Assembly: GCA_000182565.2 (NCBI GenBank)
Contig: KQ257459.1
Origin: Spizellomyces punctatus DAOM BR117
Taxonomy: Eukaryota
Length of the DNA: 64,000 bases
Strand: one strand, 5' to 3'
Shown: positions 38,220 through 49,060 of the stretch, piece by piece
Numbering within the stretch: the stretch's first letter is position 1
Layout: each line of letters begins with the position of its first letter
Notes under the pieces: model-generated
Databases searched by the model: none
Seen by the model: the letters and a program-made list of their open reading frames with translations, nothing else
Told to the model about the DNA's origin: nothing
Translations under genes and position numbers: made by a program

Positions 38220-38610
38220 CATATATTCCCTACATTGTCATCCACTGCCACCGTTGCGCCAAGGCCCCGTATGAACTATCCTCAACATGAACAACTCGTC
38301 CCCTCGCCAGCCGCTGCTACCGTTGCGCCAAGGCCCCCATATATTCCCTACATTGTCATCCACTGCCACCGTTGCGCCAAGGCCCCGTATGAACTATCCT
38401 CAACATGAACAACTCGTCCCCTCGCCAGCCGCTGCTACCGTTGCGCCAAGGCCCCCATATATTCCCTACATTGTCATCCACTGCCACCGTTGCGCCAAGG
38501 CCCCGTATGAACTATCCTCAACATGAACAACTCGTCCCCTCGCCAGCCGCTGCTACCGTTGCTCAGCTACCGTTGCACCAAGGCCTGCCGGCCTTGGCGC
38601 TACGGTAGCT
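38198..38610. repeat. 118-bp tandem repeat (3 identical units plus a partial), each carrying two copies of the tRNA-Trp 5' end
   Basis: Units start at 38198, 38316, 38434 and 38552. ACCGTTGCGCCAAGGCCCC at 38201, 38250, 38319, 38368, 38437 and 38486. The array ends in an inverted pair at 38565-38610. Confidence 0.95.
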
Positions 38611-38733
38611 TGTTTCTGAGGTCCCCCGCGGCGATGTCAGTGCATATCTCTACATTGCCGATATCTAGATTGCACAAGAAAATGGTCCCTCGACACAATG
38701 TCCACTTGCTTGGGTCGTCATCGGCTGCTACTC

Positions 38734-38783
38734 AACCCTAACCCGTACCTAATATCAAGTTTAACCCTAACCTAACCCTAACC
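38734..38783. repeat. Interstitial telomere-like (TAACCC) repeats
   Basis: AACCCTAACCC...TTAACCCTAACCTAACCCTAACC; degenerate echo at ~38905-38942. Confidence 0.55.
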
Positions 38784-39056
38784 GCAGCAATATCAGTCAT
38801 CATGATGCATATCTCCACCTTGCCAATAATCTAGATTGCCATAGATAACCGGTTCTGCTCCTCCCCTTACACGATATCCACTGGCATAGGTTGTCATTTA
38901 CTGCTACCCAACCGTAACCCGTACCTAATCTAAATCTAACCATTCTCCTCCACAAGAGATTCCTCCCGGTAGGCAGGTAGGGGGGGTGCTTTTGAATCAA
39001 CTGGTCATGTTCACAACCACATTCACAGTCACGTTTACGCCTGTTGGAATGAATTG

Positions 39057-39460
39057 ATATCATCGGAAATCTTAGAGGATGGAAACGTCGCGACACCATT
39101 TACATGCGCCAGCAACATTTAAAGACCTCATCCCATTTCTTAATGAGCGTTTGCAATAGAGTTTGAACAGTGCCTTGCTGCATATTCCAATGACAACAAG
39201 TGCAGGACTCGGGTTGATTCTCTACCCACTGGATTCCTAGACTTCCACGGTCGCGTAAGGGATCTCATCGGAAATGCCATAAGGATGGAAACGGTGCAAA
39301 CCCATTTACGTACGCCAGCACATTCATGACCCCGCCCTTTCTTGATGCAAGTCGGAAATACTGTTTGAATAGTGTTTTGTTGAATATCCCAATGGTAACG
39401 AGTGAACGAGTGCAGTAGCAGGACTGATTACTCTCCACACTAGATTCCTAGACTGCCATA
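39057..39460. repeat. Diverged ~205-bp tandem duplication
   Basis: TCATCGGAAAT...AGGATGGAAACG...CCATTTAC...CGCCAGCA...GATTCCTAGACT present twice. Confidence 0.8.
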
Positions 39461-39509
39461 GGTTGTGCGTGTTTCACGCATCCGATGGAAACTTGGATAA
39501 CTCGGCCAT

Positions 39510-39930
39510 TTCGTAACTTTTCGACAAGACCAGAACGGTTTTGAAAAGCCCTGAATCGTGGCTATAACCTTGTTGTAATGCTTTTCTAGCTAATATATTT
39601 CCCTGCACACCAGATCCACATGCAAAGATCGTCATCCGCTGCTACCCATCTATGTCGTAGGGTTTTAGATGAGCTTAACTTGGCGAATTCGTAACTTTTG
39701 GACAAGACCAAAACGGTCTTGAAAAGCCCTGGATCGTGGCTATAATCTTGCTGTAACGCTTTTCTAGTTAATCTATCCCCCTACACACTAGATCCAGTTG
39801 TAAAGATCGTCATCCGCTGCTAGCCATTCATGTCGTAGGGTTTTGAATGGGTTTATCTTGACGAGCTTTGTAACTTTTTGAAAAGGCCAAGACTGGGTCT
39901 GAAAAGACATGGATCGTGGCTGTAACCATT
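39510..39930. repeat. Diverged ~178-bp tandem repeat, about 2.4 copies
   Basis: GTAACTTTT...GAAAAG...ATCGTGGCTRTAA near 39513, 39691 and 39870. Confidence 0.88.
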
Positions 39931-40172
39931 GAAAGCAGACCACTTGAGCGTCACTGTTGCCAGAAAGTGCCACATGGCGTTCCTGTATTGAACAACCCGG
40001 TGCATCGTCCCCTTTCCCCTTCCTCCTCTCTCTTTGAATGTTCCTAAGGCTTGCAAACGGGTGCCCCTCGTCTAATAAGACTACTTTTTGCCGTTGATGG
40101 GGGGCATAGGTTTGAACTTTGTTCGGGACAAGACGTCTCTCCCCAGGTTTTATCGCCTCCTTTGCATTATGT

Positions 40173-43100
40173 TCACTCCGTGGTGATAAACCTGACTGCG
40201 TTCATGGCCATCAGATCTGGGCTGTCGGGCAGCAAGGTGACATTGTCACATATCTGTTTGGCTTGTTCCGAGAGTACTATGAGAAACAAGGAAATGTCTT
40301 CCGCAATTGCATCTCCAAAGTCGTCTACCAACACCCAGACCCTCCCAGTCTTCTTGGAGGTCCCCCCAAAGCCTCTGGATCTCACTTCCAGACTTCCAGA
40401 CAAGAGATAGAAAACAAGTATCACACAAGTCCCTTTCGACACCTCGACACATTTCAACAGACTATCAAATCCGACATAGGACAGGAAATCAGTGTGTGGA
40501 TCATTATTGGGTGCTGCATATAATTCCCAAAGTGTATATCAACTGTGAAGACGTTGTACGACTGAGAATTACTGTAATGGGTCTACTTTTATGCAATCCC
40601 TTGAAAAAGGTGACTATTCATAATGATACTACACAGCTCGTTAAATAATGAGGCCTTAACCAAACCCTTTTCCACACATTACATTGCTTGCTCGATAGAT
40701 ATTCCCAACCCTGACCCGAACCTCGCTGATCCATTTCCAACAACTGTCCATCATCAGCATGAACTGGCTCGAAACTGTCTGTTGCATACATGTATAAAGT
40801 TAAATAATCTACCACCTCTTCTTCGCATCTTAACATTGAACGCGCGCTGGAATTGTTAATAACGACACTTTACATCTTGTTGACAATGATGATGGTAAAG
40901 GCTGGTACATGAGCAAACAAGGGGGTCTAGTCTGTGTGCGTAGACATGTCGTATCAACTGACTTCAATGGCCAGGCTTTAATTTATGTAAAAAGAGCGCC
41001 AGAGTCAACGCCTACCTGCCCGCTCTCCACTGCCCCGCTACTACCCTACTAAACAGGTTTTCTTTTGCAATCTATATTACTGGCCATATAGAGCTGCGCA
41101 TGCCTGACAAATTTCCCTACTATGCATTATAGCAAAGGAATTCTGTAGGCAAAAGTTTTCTTACCTGCATATGGTACCGATAGAGGATGTCAATTTTGGA
41201 GATATTGTATATATGAAGATAACTCCAATGGGATTCCTTTTGCAATTCAAGTTATCGACCATTTAGAGAATGCGTGCACTCAACAACGTGTCCCTAATAC
41301 ACATTATAGTAAAGAATTCCCTAGACAAAAGTTTTGTTAGTTCCTTTGTCTCTAGTTAGTTCGTTAATCAGTGCTTCCTAGCGGCATATGATATATATAA
41401 AAGTACGCGATGTCCATTGAGAGACCAAAGGTCTCACCGCAATTGCGTAAAGATATCCTCCTGCTCTTCGTCATCTGGACGGCTACCCCACTACATGTAT
41501 CGACTTGGTGAGTATTCTTTATTAGAAATGTTTCACCACATGGGAAGAGTACCAAATGCTCTACTTGGTGGACCCTTGAGATCTCTCTGCTTTCAGCTTG
41601 GCCATCTTGTCCTCTAATTCGCCTTTCTTCTGTTCTACCACTAACACCGCCCCATTGTCAAAAAAAAGGATCTCATAGATTGAGCCGGCATTCCATTTAT
41701 GAGCGAGATCTTTCTTCGCCTCGTCTGCGGCACGATTCTTATTAGGAACCCAATGAGCGCGGGTTTGCACGAATTCATCAATCCTGCCCTGGCACTCTTC
41801 TAGGGTTTGGTATCCTTTCTCCTGCGTTTTGAAATCGAAAACGACTTTTTCCGAAAATTGAATATCTGCGATCTCGCTGGAGAATTTGGTTTGGCGATTT
41901 CAGTACATGAACAGGCGAACGGTCGACCGTAGTCGCACCTACATTGGTTGCCCTCCAATTTCAAAGGTGTTTCCGATAATTGCCGCACGCTGAGTAGCGA
42001 AGTCCACTTTGTTGTCGGTCGACATGTCAAAAAAGATAATTATGGACCCCTGTTGTGGAGGGTAGGGGGCGATCTGCAAATCGAGTTTCGGTGCTGCCAA
42101 CTTTTGTTGCAGAATTTTGCGAATGGTATTTCTCAACGCATCTTTAAACTCGGGATGACGATCGAAAAATTCCCTTTAGGTCTCTAGGTAAATATGCACC
42201 TGGTGAGCGATTCTAAAAGATGTTCACATCGAACTCACCAGGCGTCAATACACTTCAAGACTACTCTAATTATAAAGTTGATCATATTCGGCTTTGTCAA
42301 TGCAGAGGATTATGTAGGTCTCCTTTAGTCGGCTGGAAGAAAAACTCAAGTTTACACGAAATGTCTTTTCTGGGGACGAGGAATCCATCATTCCTTTTAT
42401 CCTCTGCCAAGCTCCATTCGTTCACCAATCTGCTTCCGACCTATACCCTGATGTTTGCATCATTCTTTTTCATCTACCAGCACCGGATTTTTAGCAGGTA
42501 ATTATGCTTTACCAATTGAAAAGGTTTTAACAATAATGGCTTTTGCCTTGCAAAAGCTGGCAAACGCTTTGTCAATGCTCTTTGTCCTTCACATGGTCAT
42601 CAGCAGACACACAAGTTTCATGATATGCAAGGGTATGTTGTGAATATTCATACTCTTTTCCTGCTTCCTGGACCGCCTTTGGTTGAACGGCGCCTTTTGT
42701 CTTGTATGTTGTGACGTAGATCTTGAGGAGCAAAGCTAGTACACGCGTTTCCTTTCATAAAGTCAGAGTAATCCACAAAGGAAGCATTGAAGTTGATTCA
42801 ATAATAAAGTCCGCCAAAATCACCACGTTCTTATCTTCAATTGTGGGGGAAGTTTATTCAAAGTGATAGAAACCTGCCTTTCAACTTGATAGTGTGCTGC
42901 TCCGCATAAGGTACACAAGCAAAGGTGTCGTCATCTCTGGCCAACAATCTTTAGGAACTCGGTGACCGGAACCTTGTCCCCTAGTAAAAAAAATCTCAGG
43001 CCCATGTTTCTAAGTTGCATCAAACAAGGATGACAGATTGGCGGATATACTTGGGACTTGGTTGCTGCAATGGTCGCATACTAATTTCGCACTGCTGCGG

Positions 43101-43400
43101 TGATCAAGAGCGACGAAGACTTGATCGGTATATCTACCACTCAAAGTGGTAGTGTGCTCTTTCAGCAGACAGAACCTTTTCTCCTCGTCATGGAGCTTAA
43201 CACCCCAAAAGAATTTCTTAACGATATGTGTCTTTTCCCTTCAGTAGTTATATATGGCGAATGGATTCCGGCAATTAGCCGTCGAATCTCTTCTTCCTTC
43301 AGCTTACCATCGATGTTTTCTAGGTCTTTAAGCAAATTCACGTACTTATTGAGAACACAGCTTACTATGTTGCTGTGATGCTGCATCTTTTATTTCAATG
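40173..43400 (-). pseudogene. Decayed long protein-coding gene of unknown family
   Basis: Chain of protein-like minus-strand fragments (43162-43386, 41939-42136, 41561-41770, 40618-40836, 40173-40457). 41939-42136 and 41561-41770 share a frame and are separated by in-frame stops. Confidence 0.45.
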
Positions 43401-43853
43401 TCCTACAGATATCATGACCTACATATGCACCAGCAACATTTACGATCGCGACCTTTTGAAGACGTACATTAGAACTCGTATCGATGCATTCATCGGACAA
43501 ACACCGGGACTTCACTTAATGTGCATATCCGGGTACTCATGCATTCATTGCCGACTGATGCACTTCCGCTGCCATTGGATGTAGCGGTGAAAGTTGGAAG
43601 TCGAGCGGCATATCACCTTTAGATTTGCAGGATGGACCTCACAACTTTTCTTTCTCCCCTCATTGCTAGTTTGAACGAGCGGTTGATCTTGATTCACACA
43701 TGTATTGCAAATCGTCTATCGTCCGTATCCTTGATGTCACCGATCCAAGCTAAGCACCCCTATGACCCCCCTGGTTTTTTTCTTGTCCGGCCCCTTCCAA
43801 GCATGCCCGAGTTAAACCAGTCCTTTTCTTGTCCCAACTGAAAACATACCAAC

Positions 43854-45975
43854 ATGAACACTTGTTCGACCGAGGGGCCTTCTACGTCCCAAGAGTCGCT
43901 CCCGCGACGTCAGGTACTCATAAACGTAACTGGGGACGATCCAGACGACGAAGAGCAACAGGAGATTTTTAAGCAAGACGAGGCCTTTTGGAAAATAGTA
44001 TTTGACGCATTTGGCCAAGAGTGAGATCAAATGTTTTTGCCTGTTTGCTGCTGTCAAGCAAGGCAACTGACTATTCGGAGCTGTCTCGCTTTCCAGGCCG
44101 ACTGGCACATCGGACCCTCAATCTGCTGCGACCACCGGGGACGTCCCAGCAGCCTCACGTTTTTCTACAACCGATGACACTCTCGCTAAATTTATTCCTC
44201 CCCAACGATCGGCCACAGCATGTCCCAATGCTGCAAAAACGATTCTGAAGTATCTGCCCGGAGCGATAACATCCACGTTATATGAAGCGGAAAGTTTTGC
44301 GCCAACAGAGGTCATTCTTCTAGACCAGCCGACGAGGCACCTTTTGCTTGCCGTCCTTCTCTCTGGTGCTCTGAGCCGGGTCTGGTCCTCAATGGATATA
44401 ACAATCAATGCACATTCAGATGAAGATGGGAATTTTGGCTTGGCTGAAGGCACTCAGGTTTCCGTGGCTGATATTAGAGATCTCGCCAAAACACTGGACG
44501 TACACGATAGTCGTCTCCCAAGGGACATTATGGCTTGGATCAACACATGCTCTTCCCACGTTGACTTGGGGGATAGTTGGCTCGAACTGCCGTATTCACG
44601 ACGAATGATGAACCCTTTTTGCCCGCTGTCGGGGTAGCTGGTATTCTTAAACTATCGGACGAAATACCCAGTGACGAGCGCTTCAAAGAAACGAGGCTAG
44701 CTGCTGAATATGGACGGAGGAGACTAGTTCAGCTACTCGGAGAAACTGCGCTGGAAAAGATCCAAGGGGAACTACCTGACTATCCTGGTTTACGCGCAGA
44801 CGCTGTTAACATGATGCAGAGAATTGGGAAACTTAATCCAGTATCGTTTCCGAAAGCCAAGTAGGTTAAAGCAATCGTTCTACTCTACTATGCATGACGA
44901 AACTAACAACTATCCTATGCAGTGGATTCTACTCGACGCATGCTGGTGGAGGCGCTTGTACCGTTTACATCCACGGAGATGTGGCTGTCTCATTTGATAC
45001 TGGCCACATGGCATTTTTTGCAACAAATGCCTGGTTACTACTCCGCATGAGTGAAGTCAAGAAGTTTGTAATTATCGTCTCGCACATTGACTGTGACCAT
45101 ATGAACGGAGCAAAAGTACTGCTTGACTACTTGTCCGGCGACATTCGCTCCTACAAAGTTGAGCTTATCGCACTATAGTACGTAATGTTGTACCCTGGAT
45201 TGGTATTGCCGGGTTCTACTTTCTTCTCATTATACTGTAGCTTCAACTCCCCTGGTTCAGGCCACCTAAGTGAAGGTGTCCGTTCAGTGGCAAAAGCAAA
45301 ATGTGTGTTCAAGCTAGTGACCGAAAATCCCGACAAATTCAACATTTTGAGAACAGTACATATTCCTACAAGTAGCGATCCCACAAGTAGCGGCTTTGGC
45401 AATTTCGACCAAAAAATGAAACCTCTGAGCATTCCGACAAAGGTACTTTAATCTTGTCAGCTACTAGCATTGAATCATTGCTCATCCACTTGTAGCTCCA
45501 TTGCAAAAATCCCTGACCCTTCCAACGTAAAACCCTCCAAAAGTGCCGCATCACGGCGGCAGAAGGGACACTTATGATTCAGATGACCACGTTATAAACT
45601 TTTATAAGAAGGTAAGATGCCCAGATCTACCTGATCAATACAAACGGAGAGAGATATGGACATCCAGGTCAGTTACTCTGAGGCAATGATCACTGGATGG
45701 AAATCCTGTTCGTCGAATGCCGTTTTATTCTAGACAAGGACGTGGTGACAGCGATCATACAATCGATTGTTGAAAGAAGAAAGCGCGCAAGTATCCAGTT
45801 TACGCACGTTGACAATCGTGCAAAGAAGGAGGAATTACAACGACTCAAAAACCTCCACGACCCTTATGACTATGTAAACTTCCACTTGACACTGCGTGCA
45901 CAAACGTATGGCGGGCAAACGGGCTATTGGGATTTAATGCCTCCACCAATTCCCATTGCCACATCGCCACCATGA
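43854..45975 (+). pseudogene. Spliced gene for a caspase/CHAT-like domain fused to a ComEC-like metallo-beta-lactamase, disrupted by frameshifts
   Basis: ATG 43854; introns 44021-44096, 44861-44922, 45178-45240, 45443-45495 and 45668-45733. N-terminal ITINAHSDEDG...AWINTCSS; C-terminal SFDTG, SHIDCDHMNG, KVPHHGG, YLINTNGERYGHPDKDV. Frameshifts near 44575 and 45620, and a broken or shortened exon at 45496-45540. Confidence 0.75.
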
Positions 45976-46509
45976 TATATATGCCAGGTACCCTTCCTCT
46001 ATTCACTTCCAACTAAACTGCATCTCGTGGTAACCTTAACAACCCTAAGTACTTGGAAATTGGACCCCAGATGGAGGCCCAAGGAACTCAATCGATAACT
46101 ATAGATTAGCAAAACTTCAATGTTTGTGACGATTCATGTATCATGCGGATAAGAAACTGTAGTTTACACTGTAAAAGCCTGGAGTGGGTGTCAAATGTTG
46201 ACTATTTGCCACTTTGTCCGGTCTCTCTGTGCGTTGAGCTGATGCAGCTGTGAAAGGTTTGGGCAGCACGCAAGTACATTGTAGAAAGCAAGCGCATATA
46301 TGCACTTCTCTACTGTCGATCAAGCAACTAGAGTTGAGACGATTTGCAAGTGTGCTAGTTTTTCCGCTGCGCGTTCAGATCATCCCCTTGGACTCGTAGT
46401 GATCCAAACGTCATCGGCAAACTTACGACTCTAGTGTGATTCTTACATTGGCATTTAAAAACCACAGAAAGACAACCACCTCTAAATCTTGAAAACAACC
46501 CACAAAAGG

Positions 46510-46926
46510 ATGAAAGAAACAGACCAAGTCGTCCAAGAATTTCATAGCCTCGTCAACATGTCCCCATCCGAACTACAAGCATGGTTACAAACTGACGAGT
46601 CCCTAAACGTTGGAATGACAAGAGAGAATGAAGACGAAGCTGTTGGACATCAAAGGTTTCTGTAATTCATTCAACAATAGGCGGAATACATTGTACTCAT
46701 CACTAAAATGCTATTCATAACAAACAGTGGTAGAAAGATTATCGAAATCCTTGAACGGCAAGACCAATACACTGATCAAGATATTTCTCATATGCGGAAA
46801 GTGGTTTCTTATATTAAGCGGCATTTGGCTCAACGGCATCGAATCAAGAGTGGTAATGTTGAGCATACGAGGTGGGCTTATAGTTTAAAGAATTGGGGAC
46901 ATGATCCTGTCAAGGTTGAAGAGTGA
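46510..46926 (+). CDS. DUF3140-family protein, 2 exons
   Basis: EFHSLVNMSPSELQAWLQTDES...GHQS|GRKIIEIL...HMRKVVSYIKRHLAQ...WAYSLKNWGHDP; intron 46656-46727 keeps frame. Confidence 0.88.
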
Positions 46927-49060
46927 TTTATAGGGGTGGAATATTTTGGAGGAATGGGACGATTTTGGTTTTAGGATGGGAGGTTTTGATGTTGAAGATG
47001 ACGATTATAGGGAGTCTATTTTACGTACTTCATGTCCTGCTGTACAATGTTCATTTTGGACTTGACAGTGTAAACCGTTTCTTGTTAATTCGGCATCGCC
47101 TTTGAGCAGAATTTCTGTCCATCGCCGTCATTTTGATCAAGCTCCATTATCTCATCTGCAGCCTTTTATTCCAACTTTCCACTCCTCTTTAGCCGATCGA
47201 TCAGGTTTGCTGCATTCTTCTGCCGTCTCCCGAGGTTGCTATTCTCGTACATGACTTTGCTACCCTTGTTTAAAATAGCTGGTCCGGCAAAAAGGATATA
47301 AAGTTCGCCGCTGCACTGCCGAGTGGAATCCTATCAATTGCCTCCTACATTGAGTACGTACAAGGTCAACTGTGGGACACCCTGTACATTGAGCCAGTGG
47401 TATCGCCACACGGTGATTGGCACCATCGAGGACCTGCGAAAGCATCTCCCCTGCCATCCGCAGCGTTGTAACGTTTTAACTGAAAGAGGGGCGCCAGGAT
47501 CTGGCGACAACCTGCCCTCAAATACACCCGTGTACAATTTCTTGCAGCAAATCAACAATTGTGCGGTAACCTTCAAGAAATGGCCGACTTGAACGATTCA
47601 CGTACCATCCCGCACAATCCAGTACGATTCAGGGCAAGACATTGCGAATGAAAACCATATGGTACATCTCCCTGCGATACGTGGTGGTAATGGCATATAC
47701 CACATTCAATATTTCGTGGGTAGATCAGCGAGAGTTGATACCGGCAAGAGAAATCAGTGGCACTGTGTGAAAGCTGGGCACGGAGAGCAGTATCCCGTCC
47801 GACTCATTAGTTCGTGGTTTCTGCAGCCGGAACGAACATGAGATTGTCCTAGTCTCTCAAAATACTTGTTCTTCTGTCGTTGAAGCCCAATCTACTCAGA
47901 GACTCTGCAAAAGGGAGGTTAGTACAATTATTACATAGCCATTCACCTTTGATATCAAGTTACTAGTTTCCAATAGTGAGTATCTATCTAGAGTTTACCT
48001 GGAACATGGAATGCTGGAATATCTAAATAAAAATATCATTTCCTGGGTGGAGGTACTTTACCTCACCACAATTTCCTTTACGCTAATGTTTTCAAACATC
48101 CAATCCAAGTGAAAGACGACCATTGAAATCCATCTATTTCATCGTATCCGTTCAAACAGTCTCCGCCGCTTTGAGACTACTATACAGCACATACCGATTT
48201 ATTTCACCTTGTAGCGTATTACCCTAACCTGACAATTCTGCTTTTACGCATAGATACTTCAAGAGCCGGCCGCTGACAGCAGTATTCGACGACAGGCGGA
48301 CATTGTCTCCCACCTCATACACGGTACACTGGTCGAAGATGACCCCGTATCTGCGCTCATACAAATCGCACGACAGTGAGACCATCTGAATGTTGGGGAT
48401 TGAAAAGACAAAAGTCCAATGCTTCTGAATGCGATGAAAGGTAATGGATGTCATCCGGTTATGCCTTGGATATCAAAATGTTCGCATATTCCAGTCAAGT
48501 TCATAGATAATTATTTTTGTCGTTGGAATGACAGAAAGGTTCTACAGAATGACCCATTAATCAACAAACAAGTTGGAAGGCCCTGAGCGTGCATGTACTG
48601 TAATACCATCACGTGTTGATCGGAATGGACTTTTGTTTATAATCGTGTCTTTAGAGTACAGGGAGCATTGGGAGCACTTTACAGCAAAACAGAACAAAGT
48701 GGGCATTTAGGTGCGAGTACATAGGTAAAAAGCAGCCGGCACTTAACATGCCGAGTTTCCCAAGTATTATGGTCGAACGACCAAGTGACAATACACGCAT
48801 GACTAGCACGTTTTTGATAATACAAACGGTTTGCAAAAAAAGTAAAAAGAAACAAGCCATCACATCAACATGACAACATACTAGAATACCGAAAACCAAC
48901 AAAAAAAGCATACCAACACCAAAAACAAAAACAAAACAAAAAACACAGCTACATCAACAAAGTAAAAAAAAAAAATACGACTACAATACAATGCTACAAC
49001 CACACTATAAACAAACCCTAAAATCAACTTCCTATACTCTACAACAAAAAACCAATAACC

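Noticed and set aside
38201-38562. CRISPR array (19-nt repeats with 30/50-nt spacers)
   Set aside because: The spacers are two sequences repeated identically, the repeat is the tRNA 5' end, there are no cas genes and the host is eukaryotic.
38205-38741. ORFs inside the 118-bp repeat
   Set aside because: Translations of tandem repeat DNA that overlap the tRNA; no coding signal.
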